Shown here: positions 60,901 to 64,000 of the stretch, piece after piece
Position numbering within the stretch: position 1 is the stretch's first letter
How the letters are laid out: every line of letters starts with the position of its first letter
Origin: Eledone cirrhosa
Lineage: Eukaryota
DNA: 64,000 nt
NCBI GenBank assembly: GCA_964016885.1
Contig: OZ024744.1
Location: forward strand, 130,448,001-130,512,000
Reading direction: 5' to 3'
The notes under the pieces: generated by a model
What the model saw: only the letters and a program-made list of their open reading frames with translations
Told to the model about the DNA's origin: nothing
Database searches by the model: none
Program-made: the position numbers and the translations under genes

Positions 60901-61849
60901 GGGCTGAGTTAAGTTGGGGTTAAGTTAAGTTGGGGTTAAGTTAAGTTGGGGTTAATTTAAGTTGGGGTTTATTTAAGTTGGGGTTAAGTTAAGTTGGGGT
61001 TCAGTTAAGTTGGGGTTAAGTTAAGTTGGGGTTAAGATGGGGTTAAATTAAGTTGGGGTTTATTTAAGTTGGGGTTAAGTTAAGTTGGGGTTAAGTTAAG
61101 TTGGGGTTAAGTTAAGTCGGGGTTAAGTTAAGTCGGGGTTAAGTTAAGTTAGGGTTCAGTTAAGTTGGGGTTAAGTTAAGTTGGGGTTGAGTTAAGTTGG
61201 GGTTGAGTTAAATTGGGGTTGAGTTAAGTTGGGGTTGAGTTAAGTTGGTGTTGAACTAAGTTGGGGTTAAGTTAAGTTGGGGTTAAATTAAGTTGGGGTT
61301 AAATTAAGTTGGGGTTAAGTTAAGTTGGGGGTAAGTTAAGTTGGGGGCAAGTTAAGTTGGGGTTAATTTAAGTTGGGGTTAAATTAAGTTGGGGTTACGT
61401 TAAGTTGGTGTTAAGTTAAGTTGGGGTTAATTTAAGTTGGGGTTAATTAAGTTGGGGTTAAGTTAAGTTGGGGTTAAGTTAAGTTGGGGTTAATTTAAGT
61501 TGGGGTTGAGTTAAGTTGGGGTTAAGTTAAGTTGGGGTTATATTAAGTTGGGGTTAAGTTAAGTTGGGGTTCAGTTAAGTTGGGGTTAAGTTAAGTTGGG
61601 GTTAAGTTAAGTTGAGGTTAAGTTAAGTTGGGGTTAAGTTAAGTTGGTGTTAAGTTAAGTTGGGGCTAAGTTAAGTTGGGGCTGAGTTAAGTTGGGGCTG
61701 AGTTAAGTTGGGGCTAAGTTAAGTTGGGGTTGAGTTAAGTTGGGGTTAAGTTGGGGTTAAGTTAAGTTAGGTTTAAGTTAAGTTGGGGTTAAGTTAAGTT
61801 GGGGTTAAGTTAAGTTGGGGTTAAGTTAAGTTGGGGTTAAGTTAAGTTG

Positions 61850-64000
61850 GGGTTAAGATAAGTCGGGGTTAAGTTAAGTTGTGGTTGAGTTAAGTTGGGG
61901 TTAATTTAAGTTGGGGCTAAGTTAATTTGTGGTTAAGTTAAGTTGGGGTTAAGTTAAGTTGGGGTTAAGTTAAGTTGGGGTTGAGTTAAGTTGGGGTTGA
62001 GTTAATTTGGGGTTAAGTTAAGTTGGGGTTAAGTTAAGTTGGGTTTAAGTTAAGTTGGGGTTAAATTAAGTTGGGGTTAAATTAAGTTGGGGTTAAGTTA
62101 AGTTGGGGGTAAGTTAAGTTGGGGGCAAGTTAAGTTGGGGTGAATGTAAGTTGGGGTTAAATTAAGTTGGGGTTACGTTAAGTTGGTGTTAAGTTAAGTT
62201 GGGGTTAATTTAAGTTGGGGTTAATTAAGTTGGGGTTAAGTTAAGTTGGGGTTAAGTTAAGTTGGGGCTGAGTTAAGTTGGGGCTGAGTTAAGTTGGAGC
62301 TAAGTTAAGTTGGGGTTGAGTTAAGTTGGGGTTAAGTTGGGGTTAAGTTAAGTTAGGTTTAAGTTAAGTTGGGGTTAAGTTAAGTTGGGGTTAAGTTAAG
62401 TTGGGGTTAAGTTAAGTTGGGGTTAAGTTAAGTTGGGGTTAAGTTAATTTGTGGTTAAGTTAAGTTGTGGTTAAGTTAAGTTGGGGTTAAGTTAAGTTGG
62501 GGTTAAGTTAAGTCGGGGTTAAGTTAAGTTGGGGTTAAGTTAAGTTGGGGTTAATTTAAGTTGGGGTTAAGTTAAGTTGGGGTTATGTTAAGTTGGGTTT
62601 AAGTTAAGTTGGGGTTAAGTTAAGTTGAGGTTAAGTTAAGTTGGGGTTAAATTAAGTTGGGGTTAAGTTAAGTTGGGGTAAAGTTAAGTTGGGGTTAAGT
62701 TAAGTTGGGGATAAGTTAAGTTGGGGATAATTTAAGTTGGGGTTAAGTTAAGTTGGGTTTAAGTTAAGTTGGGGTTAAGTTAAGTTGGGGTTAAGTTAAG
62801 TTGGCTTAAGTTAAGTTGGGGTTAAGTTAAGTTGGGGCTAAGTTAAGTTGGGGCTGAGTTAAGTTGGGGTTAAGTTAAATTGGGGTTAAGTTAAGTTGGG
62901 GTTAAGTTAAGTTGGGGTTAAGTTAAGTTGGGGTTTATTTAAGTTGGGGTTAAGTTAAGTTGGGGTTCAGTTAAGTTGGGGTTCAGTTAAGTTGGGGTTA
63001 AGTTAAGTTGGGGTTAAGATGGGGTTAAATTAAGTTGGGGTTAAGTTAAGTTGGGGTTAAGTTAAGTTGGGGTTAAGATAAGTCGGGGTTAAGTTAAGTT
63101 GTGGTTGAGTTAAGTTGGGGTTAATTTAAGTTGGGGCTAAGTTAATTTGTGGTTAAGTTAAGTTGGGGTTAAGTTAAGTTGGGGTTAAGTTAAGTTGGGG
63201 TTGAGTTAAGTTGGGGTTGAGTTAATTTGGGGTTAAGTTAAGTTGGGGTTAAGTTAAGTTGGGTTTAAGTTAAGTTGGGGTTAAATTAAGTTGGGGTTAA
63301 ATTAAGTTGGGGTTAAGTTAAGTTGGGGGTAAGTTAAGTTGGGGGCAAGTTAAGTTGGGGTGAATGTAAGTTGGGGTTAAATTAAGTTGGGGTTACGTTA
63401 AGTTGGTGTTAAGTTAAGTTGGGGTTAATTTAAGTTGGGGTTAATTAAGTTGGGGTTAAGTTAAGTTGGGGTTAAGTTAAGTTGGGGTTAATTTAAGTTG
63501 GGGTTGAGTTAAGTTGGGGTTAAGTTAAGTTGGGGTTATATTAAGTTGGGGTTAAGTTAAGTTGGGGTTCAGTTAAGTTGGGGTTAAGTTAAGTTGGGGT
63601 TAAGTTAAGTTGGGGCTAAGTTAAGTTGGGGCTGAGTTAAGTTGGGGCTGAGTTAAGTTGGAGCTAAGTTAAGTTGGGGTTGAGTTAAGTTGGGGTTAAG
63701 TTGGGGTTAAGTTAAGTTAGGTTTAAGTTAAGTTGGGGTTAAGTTAAGTTGGGGTTAAGTTAAGTTGGGGTTAAGTTAAGTTGGGGTTAAGTTAAGTTGG
63801 GGTTAAGTTAATTTGTGGTTAAGTTAAGTTGTGGTTAAGTTAAGTTGGGGTTAAGTTAAGTTGGGGTTAAGTTAAGTCGGGGTTAAGTTAAGTTGGGGTT
63901 AAGTTAAGTTGGGGTTAATTTAAGTTGGGGTTAAGTTAAGTTGGGGTTATGTTAAGTTGGGTTTAAGTTAAGTTGGGGTTAATTTAAGTTGAGGTTAAGT
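61850..64000 (+). repeat. Higher-order tandem duplication, offset ~1220 bp (boundaries approximate)
   Basis: GATAAGTCGGGG 61857/63077 and TGAATGTAAG 62141/63361 are offset by 1220; GGAGC variant 62296/63660 is offset by 1364 after a 144-bp (9 monomer) length difference. Confidence 0.8.

Larger units (their letters stand above)
1..64000 (+). repeat. Tandem satellite array, 16-bp monomer GGGGTTAAGTTAAGTT (~4,000 copies), telomere-like G-rich strand on +; runs off both window ends
   Basis: Monomer repeats without any unique sequence from base 1 to 64000; variants are mostly single substitutions plus occasional 11-, 13-, 15- and 17-bp units. TAA occurs twice per monomer on both strands and 16 is not a multiple of 3, so all six frames are closed. 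Confidence 0.99.

Noticed and set aside
1-64000. Protein-coding ORFs on either strand
   Set aside because: Two TAA per 16-bp monomer on both strands with frame rotation close every frame within a few dozen bases; ATG is rare.
1-64000. CRISPR array or other repeat-spacer system
   Set aside because: No unique spacers between repeats and no cas or other genes; variation is point mutation of a single monomer.
1-64000. Active telomerase-synthesised terminal tract
   Set aside because: Variants are inherited in kilobase-scale duplicated blocks and internal inversions are present, which fits recombinational amplification; no chromosome end is visible in the window.
1-64000. Variant monomers as an information-bearing code or a single fixed-period higher-order repeat
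   Set aside because: Variant order is explained by nested duplications and deletions with unequal periods (about 0.84-5.5 kb); nothing requires a coding interpretation.

Overview
The whole 64 kb window is one non-coding satellite array of a 16-bp monomer, GGGGTTAAGTTAAGTT (built as TTAAG-TTAAG-TTGGGG; 37.5% GC, G-rich and almost C-free on the + strand), about 4,000 copies by length. I can support no genes, RNAs, CRISPR arrays or transposons. The array has internal structure. (1) Nineteen short islands (about 123-216 bp) carry the same monomer in reverse orientation. Each is entered through a spacer-less palindrome (GGGGTT|AACCCC) and 18 are left through one shared junction (TTAAGCCCAAAGTCGG-like), so they appear to descend from a single inversion event that was later amplified; they fall into 4 sequence lineages. 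(2) Diagnostic monomer variants mark nested tandem duplications (offsets of about 0.84, 1.2, 2.3, 2.4, 3.1 and 5.2-5.5 kb) and a related block pair about 54 kb apart. (3) One palindrome centre (near 30.3 kb) has been locally flipped and one island (near 26.7 kb) has collapsed by deletion, suggesting these palindromes are rearrangement-active. The monomer looks telomere-like, so this is probably eukaryotic subtelomeric, interstitial-telomeric or (peri)centromeric heterochromatin, but organism and function cannot be determined from the window. All coordinates and offsets were counted by eye; duplication boundaries are approximate.
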